DNA of 64,000 bases from an uncultured virus (IMG/VR IMGVR_UViG_3300042975_000104) (Duplodnaviria > Heunggongvirae > Uroviricota > Caudoviricetes): IMG/VR virus record IMGVR_UViG_3300042975_000104, one strand, 5' to 3'. Within the stretch, counting starts at the first letter, position 1, and each line of letters opens with the position of its first letter. A program made the position numbers and the translations under genes. Shown piece by piece: positions 1 to 9,179 of this stretch. Under the pieces are notes generated by a model. That model saw nothing but the letters and a program-made list of their open reading frames with translations. It had not been told where the DNA came from and did no database searches.

Positions 1-1584
1 TTACAAGCGTATTTCCGTTCCATCCTTAAATATCACTCGAATATCATTTTTACTGTAAACCGTAATGTAATCGACCAGGCTGCACCACAGCCGTTTATCA
101 AATTCTTCTATCAGGTTCTGGCCCTTAAGATTATCAATGAAGATTCCCAATTGCTCATTTCGCGACCGATTGTCTTTTATTCTTGCAGTAACCGTTTCGT
201 ATTGTTCCTTTGTCCGGTCATATCGGCTGACGAGACTGTTGTAGCGTTCCTGATATTCCATCTGGTCTTGGGAAACCCGTGCATTTTCAGCAATACAATT
301 TTCTGTCATATCTGTAAGTGTTATCAGGTCCTGATTCAGCCGATCCTGCTCGCTTTCAAGATTTGCCGTATCACACAGTTGTTCCCGTATTAGTTGTATA
401 TTGGAAATGATTTCATTCTTATTCCCCATCAATTTATTCACGGCTTTAACAAAAACAGCTTTGATATCTTCTTCGGTAAGGTGCGGCGTTTTGCAATGAT
501 GCTTGAATTTATCATTGCAGCGGTAGATAGTCCTGCGGTATTTATCGTTGGAATGCCAAACTTTGGCTCCATACCAGCTGCCGCAGTCACCACATTTTAT
601 CTTCGACGAAAAAATACTGACCCCGCTGTGCCGCTTGCCGCCATGCCCACGTTTTTTTATTTCTTCCTGCACCAAGTCAAATACCTGCGGACTGATGATT
701 GCTTCATGATCATTTTCCACATAGTACTGTGGCACCTCGCCATGATTTGCTTTTGTTTTCTTGGTCAGGAAATCCACCGTATAGCGTTTCTGGAGAAGCG
801 CATCTCCTTTATACTTCTCATTCGTAAGAATACTTCTGACAGTGCTTGGGCTCCATACATCACACCCTGCAGGAGTTTTAATACTCCGTTCCGTCAAATC
901 ACCGGCAATGGAGTGAAAAGTATATCCGCTAAGATATAGCCTGTAAATCAGTTTCACGGTCCTTGCCTGTTCTCTGTTCACGACCAGATTGCCGTCCGGC
1001 CCTTTGTCATAACCAAGGAACTGCTTGAACGGTACGCTGACCTTCCCGTCGGCAAAACGTTTCCGTTGCCCCCATGTCGTGTTTTCGGAAATGCTCCGGC
1101 TTTCTTCCTGGGCAAGCGAGGACATGATGGTAATGAGCAATTCGCCCTTGGCATCAAGCGTCCAGATGTTTTCCTTCTCAAAATAAACCTCAATTCCCTT
1201 ATCCTTAAGCTTTCGCACGGTTGTCAGGCTGTCCACGGTATTTCTGGCGAACCGGCTGACGGACTTCGTGATAATAAGGTCGATCTTATTATCCAGCGCA
1301 TCCTTTACCATCGCATTGAATCCGTCACGATGACGGGTATTGGTTGCCGAGATTCCTTCATCCGTGTATATACCGGCAAACTCCCAGTCGTTCCTGCCCT
1401 TAATATACGAGGTGTAATAATCAACCTGTGCTTCATAGCTTGTCACCTGATCCTCATGGTCTGTCGATACACGGGCATAACCGGCCACTCTCCGTTTCCG
1501 GTGGCTATTGATGGGTTCTGCGGTGTAGCGACTGATGACTGCCGGAATGGTATGTACTCTTCGCGCTTCCACTATAGTTTCCAC
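1..1584 (-). CDS. Large serine recombinase (resolvase + recombinase + zinc-ribbon domains)
   Basis: YARVST catalytic motif, SVSRFARN, SLAQEESRSISEN, CGDCG zinc ribbon, coiled coil. Confidence 0.95.
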   Translation of the reverse strand: METIVEARRVHTIPAVISRYTAEPINSHRKRRVAGYARVSTDHEDQVTSYEAQVDYYTSYIKGRNDWEFAGIYTDEGISATNTRHRDGFNAMVKDALDNKIDLIITKSVSRFARNTVDSLTTVRKLKDKGIEVYFEKENIWTLDAKGELLITIMSSLAQEESRSISENTTWGQRKRFADGKVSVPFKQFLGYDKGPDGNLVVNREQARTVKLIYRLYLSGYTFHSIAGDLTERSIKTPAGCDVWSPSTVRSILTNEKYKGDALLQKRYTVDFLTKKTKANHGEVPQYYVENDHEAIISPQVFDLVQEEIKKRGHGGKRHSGVSIFSSKIKCGDCGSWYGAKVWHSNDKYRRTIYRCNDKFKHHCKTPHLTEEDIKAVFVKAVNKLMGNKNEIISNIQLIREQLCDTANLESEQDRLNQDLITLTDMTENCIAENARVSQDQMEYQERYNSLVSRYDRTKEQYETVTARIKDNRSRNEQLGIFIDNLKGQNLIEEFDKRLWCSLVDYITVYSKNDIRVIFKDGTEIRL

Positions 1585-1598
1585 CTCCCTTCATGTAT

Positions 1599-3257
1599 TC
1601 AGCAATTTCCCGTTTTAACCGGTGGCCAACTGCAGCTTTTTCTTCTGCCATCAGTAAAACAAAATGTCAGCTCATCAGTTTTTCCAGTTTCAATATGGTC
1701 TATCTGTTTTCGGAATGCGGCATCATCAAATGCTGGTAGGCCGAGCACCGTTGCTGCCAGCTGCTTCAATGGTTCCTCCCGTATACCCGGAACCTTGCAG
1801 GATTTTCCCGAGATCTTGCACCGCCAGTAAGCAACTTTCCCGTTTTTTCGCTTGTCCAGGCAGCGTTTGAAGCAGATGTTACATTGAACGCATAGAATCC
1901 GATCTGTAAAAGCAGAATACCGCTTCGATTTCCCGCTCATCCGGTACTGCTTCGTCCAAACCCTTTGCTTGTCCTTGAGTTTTTCCGTCCAGTGATCCTT
2001 GTTTGCAGTTGATTCCCAGTGCCGGATAATTTTTCGGCCATCTTTCATGTTAAATACCATGACACGATATTCAGGTACAGTAATTGTATCAACTTTTTCA
2101 AGGAATATGTTTTCATCAAAAGCCTGCAGTCCAAGGACAGCCGTACATTCCCGTTCCAGCACGATTTGCGGAATAGTTCCTTTTGCGCCACAGTTCTTTC
2201 CTTTATATTTATGGGATGTACATCCCCAGTACCCGATATGCCGCCCTTTATATTTCCGTTTGCTACTGACGTAACTTTTTCCACAAATACCGCATTTTAT
2301 TTTTCCCGTAAAACACGTCGTATGCAATGACTTATTGGCAAATGCCCCTAATTTGCACCGACGTGCCATTTCCTTCTGTACATAATCGAACGTTTTCTTA
2401 TCAATAATAGCTTCATGAGTGTTTTCAACAAAATACTTTGTCCTCTCGCCACGGTTTTTCCGTTCTTTTTTGGTAATAGGATCTTCTATATATGTTTTCT
2501 GGAGCAGAAGATTGCCGGTATAGGTAATATTGGTAAGGACCTGCTTAATGCTGGGATCGCCCCAATTATTGCCATACATGGTTTTAATGCCCTTCGCCGC
2601 AAGCTCCCGTCTTGTCTCAACCCGTGATTTCCCGTCAAGGAAATTTTGGTATATTCGCCGTACAACAGCTGCTTCCTCCGGAACGATTACAAGCTTATCC
2701 CCTTCCCATCGATACCCATAGATGAAGAACTTCGCAGGCGGCATGCCCTGTTGGAACCGTTTCTGCACACGCCATTTGATATTCTCGCTGATGGATCGGC
2801 TTTCTTCCTGGGCAAATGATGCAAGAATAGTCAGCATCAACTCGCCTTCGCCGCTCAGTGTATGAATGTTTTCCTTTTCAAACCATACTTCAACGCCAAT
2901 ATCCTTTAAATGGCGTACCGTGTTCAAAAGGTCAACCGTATTTCTTGCAAACCGCTGAATGGCTTTTGTAAGGATGATATCGATTTTTCCTGCTTCTGCA
3001 ACAGCAATCATTTTGTTGAATGCATCCCGCTTCGCCATTCCTGTACCGGAAATGCCATAGTCTGCATAGACACCGGCATATTCCCATTCAGGATTCTTCT
3101 GGATAAGGCCGCTGTAATAGCTGACCTGTGCCGAAAGTGAATGCTGCATCCGTTCCGATTCCACGGAAACACGGGCATAGGCTGCTACTTTCTTTTGTTT
3201 TTTGAACGGCGATACCTGATGCTCGACTTTGAGGATTGTTTTTCGCATAGAATTCAC
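1599..3257 (-). CDS. Large serine recombinase with two zinc-ribbon regions
   Basis: YARVS, RFARN, SFAQEESRSISEN, CGICG and CVQC motifs. Confidence 0.95.
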   Translation of the reverse strand: MNSMRKTILKVEHQVSPFKKQKKVAAYARVSVESERMQHSLSAQVSYYSGLIQKNPEWEYAGVYADYGISGTGMAKRDAFNKMIAVAEAGKIDIILTKAIQRFARNTVDLLNTVRHLKDIGVEVWFEKENIHTLSGEGELMLTILASFAQEESRSISENIKWRVQKRFQQGMPPAKFFIYGYRWEGDKLVIVPEEAAVVRRIYQNFLDGKSRVETRRELAAKGIKTMYGNNWGDPSIKQVLTNITYTGNLLLQKTYIEDPITKKERKNRGERTKYFVENTHEAIIDKKTFDYVQKEMARRCKLGAFANKSLHTTCFTGKIKCGICGKSYVSSKRKYKGRHIGYWGCTSHKYKGKNCGAKGTIPQIVLERECTAVLGLQAFDENIFLEKVDTITVPEYRVMVFNMKDGRKIIRHWESTANKDHWTEKLKDKQRVWTKQYRMSGKSKRYSAFTDRILCVQCNICFKRCLDKRKNGKVAYWRCKISGKSCKVPGIREEPLKQLAATVLGLPAFDDAAFRKQIDHIETGKTDELTFCFTDGRRKSCSWPPVKTGNC

Positions 3258-3297
3258 TCCTTTCCAACACTATATATCACTCTGTTTGATACAATTA

Positions 3298-3459
3298 TCA
3301 AGTGTATAAAGAGCCGGAAAAAGGATGATATTTTTCGAGCATCTGGTGCTCTGCCATGTGATATTCGCTCTCCGTGATAAGTTTTTCATCACGCATCAAC
3401 TGCATCAGATGCAGCGTCATCAGGAACAACGCTTCATTTTGAAATGTTTTCTTATCCAT
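3298..3459 (-). CDS. Small SHOCT-like protein of the recombinase operon (possible directionality/accessory factor)
   Basis: 53 aa from MDKKTFQNE, LITESEY motif; conserved in copy 2. Confidence 0.65.
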   Translation of the reverse strand: MDKKTFQNEALFLMTLHLMQLMRDEKLITESEYHMAEHQMLEKYHPFSGSLYT

Positions 3460-3847
3460 GGCGACCACCACCGAAACGGTATTCAATATAACAGGCATGG
3501 CAGCAGAACTTCCGTTCGCTGTTTCCGTAGGTCTTAAATACTTTACCGCAGTTCTGGCAGGTAAAGGTATAGACCGCCTTTCGCTTCACCAAGTCAAGAT
3601 GCCCATTCCACCATTTGTTTCTGCATTGATCCGAGCAGAAGCGTTTCTGCTTTCGTCCTGCAACCTGCACAATGGACTTACCACAGCATTCGCATACCGA
3701 TTTTCCATCAGTAGAAAACGTCAGATTGTTCCGGCGGCAGAATGACTTTACCGTATTCACCGAAACGCCTGTTTGCTGTGCTATTTTACCGTATCCTATA
3801 CCGTCTCGGCGCAAAACGATAATCTGCCTCTTCTCATCGTCCGTCAT
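3452..3847 (-). CDS. HTH (sigma-70 region 4-like) + zinc-finger DNA-binding protein
   Basis: GYGKIAQQTGVSVNTVKSFCRR helix-turn-helix; CxxC...FCSxxC repeats; GGAGGTG RBS. Confidence 0.8.
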   Translation of the reverse strand: MTDDEKRQIIVLRRDGIGYGKIAQQTGVSVNTVKSFCRRNNLTFSTDGKSVCECCGKSIVQVAGRKQKRFCSDQCRNKWWNGHLDLVKRKAVYTFTCQNCGKVFKTYGNSERKFCCHACYIEYRFGGGRHG

Positions 3848-3888
3848 ATTGGACACCTCCTAATCGTTACGAGGTAATTGCCTCTATG

Positions 3889-3921
3889 AGTAAAAGGACA
3901 GATAGATATCAGTTAAGAACC
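3889..3921 (-). promoter_or_regulatory. Bipartite motif GGTTCTTAA-N12-TGTCCTTTTACT, copy 1
   Basis: Recurs with the same spacing at 22032, 27486 and 46402, each upstream of a minus-strand gene. Confidence 0.65.
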
Positions 3922-3929
3922 CAAGACAT

Positions 3930-4115
3930 AAAAAAAAGGACCTGCCAGAGTGATGAGACTCCAGCAGTCCATGGTATATATTCTTATTTTCGTAGCTGCT
4001 TCAATGCTTCCTGCAGCCGATCCGGTATGGGAAGTCCCATCCGTGCCGCATTTTCCACAATGGAAAGTCCCTCGTTGGACAGGTAGAACAAGATGGTGGC
4101 AGTCCGTAACGCACT
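3930..4115 (-). repeat. Duplicated holin 3' end plus its terminator (partner 6197-6382)
   Basis: Encodes SALRTATILFYLSNEGLSIVENAARMGLPIPDRLQEALKQLRK*, near-identical to the holin C-terminus, followed by the same hairpin/T-tract. Confidence 0.92.
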
Positions 4116-4324
4116 GGAAGGACCAGTATTGCGAATGCGTCCGTGATGACTCCCTACATGCGTTTGAAAGGGATATCTTGAAACGCTCCTACAGGTTCTT
4201 TTATAGCTTTCAAACAAAGAGTCGTCCAACAACATATCCTCTCTATCTGCAAACATCTGATCAAACCTATTTTCATCTTACCATCTCCTTCTATCACCAT
4301 ATACATCTACCGTATCACACCATG

Positions 4325-5288
4325 TTACAGTAAAAAATTGAATAAATAGCCTGTAAAGATAATACCCATTCCAACGACGCCGAAGAAGATCACCAGCAGA
4401 TGCGGTTTGAGTACTTGTTTTAGAAGAATCGCTTCCGGAAGACTTAACGCAGTCACTGCCATCATGAATGAAAGCGCCGTTCCCATGGAAACACCGGTTC
4501 TAGTCAACTCGCTGACTAACGGAATAACACCCGCCGCATTGGAGTACAGCGGTATTCCAATCAATACAGCAATGGGGACAGCAAAGGGGTTTTCTTTTCC
4601 TGCATACTGCGCCAAGGTTCCCGCCGGAATCCAGCCATGTATAAAACCACCGATAGCAATACCGATGAGAACATAGATCCATATGCGTTTAATTAAATCA
4701 CGAGTAAAAATCCACGCATCATACAGTCTATTTTTCATATGCGGTTCAACAATTTCCATGCTGGGTATATTTTGCATTTCATAAACATACGCTTCTACAA
4801 ATTTTTCCATTTTCATTCTGCCGATAATCATACCCCCTATCACAGCAATAATTTCTCCAGATAAAATATAAATCAACATAATTTTCCAGCCAAATAAACC
4901 GTACAGAAGACCTACGGCGATTTCATTTACCATAGGTGCCGCAATCAAAAACGAAAAAGTCACACCTAAGGGAATTCCCGCTTCTACAAACCCGATAAAA
5001 AGAGGAACTGCAGAGCAAGAACAAAACGGAGTTACGATTCCCAGCAGGGCCGCTAAGACATGTCCGACTACTTGATTTCCTTTTGTATGAGAAAGAATTT
5101 TTTTTGTTTTTTCCGGAGGAAAGTAGCTGCGGATAAATGTAATGGCATAAATAATAACGATCAAAAGTATTAGTATTTTACTGTATCAAAAATAAAAAAT
5201 TAACAGCACTGCCCAGTTTACTCTCCGGTAAAAGCCCTAACGCCGTATAGGTTAAAAAATCAGCAATTACCTGCAGCCAATCAAACAT
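4325..5288 (-). CDS. arsP: ArsP/DUF318-family permease (two single-base deletions in homopolymers near 5180-5200)
   Basis: TPFCSCSAVP, FLIAAPMVN, IPLYSNAAG, ALSLPE motifs; N-terminus MFDWLQVIAD is restored by adding one T and one A. Confidence 0.8.
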
Positions 5289-5322
5289 AGTGCACCTCCG
5301 TCTTGCCCATTATGATGAAAAG

Positions 5323-5565
5323 TCATTGTTCTTCGGCAATATATCGCTTGATTTCTTCTGCCGTGCATACCTTCCCCGCCATTTTCACCTTTTCCTTGAT
5401 TACAATAGCCGGAGTCCGCATAACACCGTATTTCATGATTTCGCGGATATCCTGTACTTTAATAATCGTACTATCGACTTGTAATTCACGAATCGCTTTT
5501 TGTGCATTTTCTTCGAGTTTTTTACAATTGACACACCCGGAACCTAATATTTTAATTTCCATCAT
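5323..5565 (-). CDS. Small thioredoxin-family redox-active disulfide protein
   Basis: IKILGSGCVNC, YGVMRTPAIVI. Confidence 0.9.
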   Translation of the reverse strand: MMEIKILGSGCVNCKKLEENAQKAIRELQVDSTIIKVQDIREIMKYGVMRTPAIVIKEKVKMAGKVCTAEEIKRYIAEEQ

Positions 5566-5626
5566 GACTGTCGCCCCTTTTCTACTATAAATAAAGTTTT
5601 CTTAAACTAAAAAACAAAACCGGCTT

Positions 5627-5957
5627 CTACATATTTTTCCGTTGCAGCCATGCATTCAAATGCTGTATATCTTTTTGATATATTTCTATGCTTCTTAAAT
5701 TATCATACACTAGACTATCCAGAAACTTCAGCCGTTCATCCCGCAATATTGAATAATACGCCCATTGTGCCTGCTTGCGGTCAGCTGCTAATCCCGCATT
5801 TTTAAGATAGCAAAGATGCCGGGAAGCTTTAGTCTGCGTAATCTGTAACGTTTCCATAACATCACATACACACAGTTCCCTGTTCATATAATAAATTTAA
5901 AATTCGTAACCGAGTTTCATCAGATAATGCCTTTAATACATTAACTATTGTCTGCAT
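5627..5957 (-). CDS. arsR: ArsR/SmtB-family repressor (one extra G near 5880)
   Basis: [23 protein letters not shown] in one frame joins ELCVCD...SRHL...AGL in the next. Confidence 0.88.
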
Positions 5958-5976
5958 CTATGAATCCTTCCTTTCG

Positions 5977-6048
5977 TAGTATATAATAGTCGTATAACCG
6001 AATATTCGGTTATACGACTATTATATACTATTGAATGAACATTTGCAA
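5977..6048 (-). promoter_or_regulatory. Sigma-A promoter (TTGCAA-17-TATAAT) of the ars cassette overlapped by a perfect 54-bp palindrome
   Basis: -35 at 6048-6043, -10 at 6025-6020; 5977-6030 is its own reverse complement. Confidence 0.85.
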
Positions 6049-6196
6049 GCCTGTATCGCCTGTCCTTCAATTATGGGAGAGAAATTAATTCCCATTCATG
6101 ATAATTTTTGACCAAGCACTTAACTTTTTCACCATCTTCGACAATTATTCCATCTCTACTTTCTTTTGAAATAGGAAAAAATGCATTTAAGCAAAT

Positions 6197-6238
6197 AAAA
6201 AAAGGACCTGCCAGAGTGATGAGACTCCAGCAGATCCA
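6197..6238 (-). terminator. Intrinsic terminator downstream of holin
   Basis: Imperfect GC-rich stem CTGCTGGAG...CTCTGGCAG followed by GTCC and a T-run on the minus strand. Confidence 0.7.
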
Positions 6239-6250
6239 AGGTATATATTC

Positions 6251-6646
6251 TTATTTTCGCAGCTGCTTCAATGCTTCCTGCAGCCGGTCCGGTATGGGAA
6301 GTCCCATCTGTGCGGCATTTTCCAAAATGGAAAGTCCTTCATTGGACAGGTAGAACAAGATGGTGGCGGTCCGTAACGCACTTCCGGAACCGAGCATCGT
6401 CGCATCCAGCGTATGGGCCACACCGACGAGTACAAAAAGAAGCACCTTCCGGCAGATGCCCATAAAGCCGATCTCGCTGGATAGCTGCCGTTCCCGGCAG
6501 GCGCATAGCACACCGGTAATATAGTCCAGGCAGACAAACGTCAGCAGGGCATAGAGCAGATTGTCAAAGCCGCCGATGAACCAGCCCAGCCAGGCACCGA
6601 CAGCCGCACACCCGATTCGTATTTCATTCCATGTCATTCTCATCAC
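6251..6646 (-). CDS. Phage holin (toxin secretion/phage lysis holin family)
   Basis: GGFDNLLYALL, DYITG, LSSEIG, FYLSNEGLSILEN, GLPIP. Confidence 0.92.
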   Translation of the reverse strand: MMRMTWNEIRIGCAAVGAWLGWFIGGFDNLLYALLTFVCLDYITGVLCACRERQLSSEIGFMGICRKVLLFVLVGVAHTLDATMLGSGSALRTATILFYLSNEGLSILENAAQMGLPIPDRLQEALKQLRK

Positions 6647-6960
6647 CCCGCCAGGGTAGCCTTGATTTCCAGATACTGATCCCCGTATTTTACATTATCG
6701 ATAAACTGGATGTTGTACTTCTGCCCACGGAATTTGATGAACCATTTTTCTGAGATATCTGAGCGGTACCGGATGACAAACGACACATCCTTTTCCAGAT
6801 GAACGGCGGCGGCGAAAAAATACTCCCCGCCGTGGATATTGGTCACCTTGGCCCATGTACTGCCCTTGCTGACCAGAGTACTGTCATACCCGCCCTGCCC
6901 ATCGGAGACATCTTCTTCCACCAGCAGCTCGATCCGATGCTTCATTTCCCCGATATCCAT
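6643..6960 (-). CDS. Head closure / head-tail adaptor (SPP1 gp16-like)
   Basis: DGQGG, WAKV, FVIRYRSDI, YNIQFID motifs; position after connector. Confidence 0.88.
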   Translation of the reverse strand: MDIGEMKHRIELLVEEDVSDGQGGYDSTLVSKGSTWAKVTNIHGGEYFFAAAVHLEKDVSFVIRYRSDISEKWFIKFRGQKYNIQFIDNVKYGDQYLEIKATLAG

Positions 6961-7235
6961 CAGAACACCTCATCCCGGTAGGAAAACAGCATGGCCCGCA
7001 TGAGCTTGATCATGGCATCAAAGTCTGCCGTATCCCGGTTCTCATACAGATAGGCCACGCCATACAGGATAGCTGTCTTGATGTCCTCCGGCAGCGTCGT
7101 GTAGTCGCTCAGCGGATGGCGCAGTACATTTTCCACCGTCGTCGTGGAGGACTGGATTAAATTGTCGATCAAGGTATCCTCCACATCATTATCAATACGC
7201 AGGTATAATTTTGCTTCGTCCCGTGTTACTGCCAT
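6960..7235 (-). CDS. Head-tail connector (HK97 gp6/SPP1 gp15-like)
   Basis: EAKLYLRIDNDVED...AILYGVAYLYENR; start MAVTRD with RBS. Confidence 0.9.
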   Translation of the reverse strand: MAVTRDEAKLYLRIDNDVEDTLIDNLIQSSTTTVENVLRHPLSDYTTLPEDIKTAILYGVAYLYENRDTADFDAMIKLMRAMLFSYRDEVF

Positions 7236-7254
7236 GCTGCCTACCTTCCTTCTG

Positions 7255-8451
7255 TTATTTGCTGGCCTGCTTGAGCGTCTTGATGGCTTCCGGCAATACG
7301 ATCTTGGCATCGACACGCTGGGAGCCGAGAAAACCGACCTGACCGGTAACCGCGTATAATTCGTTCAGACGCTTAAAGGTGCGGCCCTGCCGGTCGGCAA
7401 TCCAGTAGTAGGAAAAGTCCCCGAACAGCACCGTCTTGGCATCGGCTGCCATCTGCGGCATATACCGGCTGGTAACGACCGGGCAGTTCAAAATCTTATC
7501 CGGCACATCGGCACTGACGGAAGGCTGCCAGATGTACTGGCCCTGCGTATCCTTCAATTTCCGGATAGCCTTGACAGTGCTTTCATGCAGCAGCAATGTA
7601 GCCGATTTGCGGTACGGCTCGCGGAGCGAATAGTACAACTCAATCAAATCGTCGAAGGTAATAGCCGTAGCAGAGGCGGCAGTCGAGCCATCCGAAGCAC
7701 CGGCGGTATCGACGAGAATGCCGGACGGACGATCCGTTCCGGTGCCGGTTAAGAAGGCTTCTTCTTCGGCATTGCCCAGCCTTCTGGCAAATTCCTGCGC
7801 CATGTATCCTTCCAGGTCGAAGGCGGAATCGTTCAACAGTTCCTCGGATACCTTGACGAGCGTACCCAGCTTATGCGCCCCGATGGACACCTGACCAAAT
7901 GTAGTGTTGCTTTCCGTGTAGGCGGCTTCTTCATCCGTCCATGCAGCAGTTCCCTCACTGGCAACGACCGGAATCTTATGGTCGCCGCTGGCAGTCTGGA
8001 TCACATGGGACAGGGAGCGCAGTACATTTGTCTCAGCCAGCATCTGGATCAGCGTCCGTTCGAACTCGTCCGGTACGAGGTAGCCGCCCTGGGGATCGGC
8101 TCCTTCCTTTAAAGTGTTCCGGATTTCCGGACGGGACTTGCCGCGCATGCTGTCCCAAAAGGCGGGGGCATAGGCGTCACTGAACCTGCCATGCTTAGTT
8201 ACATCCTGCTTTGCAGGCTGGTTGACGATAGCACTCGAAGTCGGCTTGCGTAATTCAAGATCGATGGCCGCCTGCGTCTTCAGTCGGTCGATTTCCTTGC
8301 CCAGCGCCATGACATCGGCTTCCATCTTGTCATAGGTGGCGGCATCCTCAGTAGAAAGCGTGTCACCGGCTGCCTGCTTTTCATCCAGGAATGTCTTGGC
8401 CTGCTCCCAGATATTGGCGCGTTTTTCCTGCAGTTCTAATAATTTACTCAT
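7255..8451 (-). CDS. Major capsid protein, HK97 family
   Basis: N-terminal coiled-coil delta domain, GGYLVPDEF, VSEELLNDS, GQYIWQPS, FGDFSYY. Confidence 0.96.
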   Translation of the reverse strand: MSKLLELQEKRANIWEQAKTFLDEKQAAGDTLSTEDAATYDKMEADVMALGKEIDRLKTQAAIDLELRKPTSSAIVNQPAKQDVTKHGRFSDAYAPAFWDSMRGKSRPEIRNTLKEGADPQGGYLVPDEFERTLIQMLAETNVLRSLSHVIQTASGDHKIPVVASEGTAAWTDEEAAYTESNTTFGQVSIGAHKLGTLVKVSEELLNDSAFDLEGYMAQEFARRLGNAEEEAFLTGTGTDRPSGILVDTAGASDGSTAASATAITFDDLIELYYSLREPYRKSATLLLHESTVKAIRKLKDTQGQYIWQPSVSADVPDKILNCPVVTSRYMPQMAADAKTVLFGDFSYYWIADRQGRTFKRLNELYAVTGQVGFLGSQRVDAKIVLPEAIKTLKQASK

Positions 8452-8465
8452 GTTGGTACCTCCCT

Positions 8466-9179
8466 TTAATGTGTTAAGAGCGACAGCCGCTGCTGCAGCG
8501 ACGCTACGGATATAGTTGTTCGATTTGCTGCCGGTGTTGGCTTGGTCTGCTTGGCGATGGCCTTGTTCAACAACGCATTGGTAACCTGTCGCCGGGAAAA
8601 GGAATAGCTTTGTACAGAAACCATGTTATTGGTGTGGTTTGTATCGGTTAAGATGCTGTCGGCAAAGCCGAGCTCGATTGCTTTTCCCGCATTCATCCAG
8701 GTCTCGACATCCATCAGATGGGATAGTTGGGTGCGGGAGAGTCCTGTCTTTAATTCATAGGCATTGATAATGGATTCCTTGACCTCGGACAACATAGCGA
8801 TGGCCCGTTCCATTTCATCGGTATCGCCCATGGCGATGGTAAACGGATTGTGGATCATCATCAGTGCAGTCGGTACCATATTGACGGTTGTACCTGCCAT
8901 GGCAATCACGGAGGCAGCCGAAGCCGCAATCCCGTCGATGTTGACATGGACCTGCCCGGCATAATCCATCAGCATGGCATAGATCCGGCTGGCCGCTACG
9001 CAGTCGCCGCCGGGTGAGTTCAGCCATAAGGTGACATTGCCCTGCCCGGATGCCAGCTCGTTTTTAAACAGCTTCGGCGTTACGTCGTCATCAAACCAGC
9101 TTTCCTCGGCAATGGTGCCGTCAATGGTAAGGATGCGTCCGGTGTCATCACCGGTATTCCAGTTCCAGAATTTCTTCAT
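8466..9179 (-). CDS. ClpP-type prohead protease
   Basis: LNSPGGD, IAASAASVIAMAG, MMIHNP, ETWMNA. Confidence 0.94.
   Translation of the reverse strand: MKKFWNWNTGDDTGRILTIDGTIAEESWFDDDVTPKLFKNELASGQGNVTLWLNSPGGDCVAASRIYAMLMDYAGQVHVNIDGIAASAASVIAMAGTTVNMVPTALMMIHNPFTIAMGDTDEMERAIAMLSEVKESIINAYELKTGLSRTQLSHLMDVETWMNAGKAIELGFADSILTDTNHTNNMVSVQSYSFSRRQVTNALLNKAIAKQTKPTPAANRTTISVASLQQRLSLLTH

Larger units (their letters stand above)
1..3860. repeat. Long direct repeat copy 1 (recombinase module), partner at 42526-46380
   Basis: Colinear sequence at offset 42525; both recombinases have identical lengths (527 and 552 aa) and near-identical sequence. Confidence 0.97.

Noticed and set aside
1066..1830. 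254-aa plus-strand ORF, repeated at 43591-44355
   Set aside because: Antisense shadow of the recombinases; its conservation just follows the duplication and it has no recognisable motifs
3984..4256. 90-aa ORF as a second functional holin
   Set aside because: Only the last ~43 codons match the holin; the N-terminal membrane segments are missing
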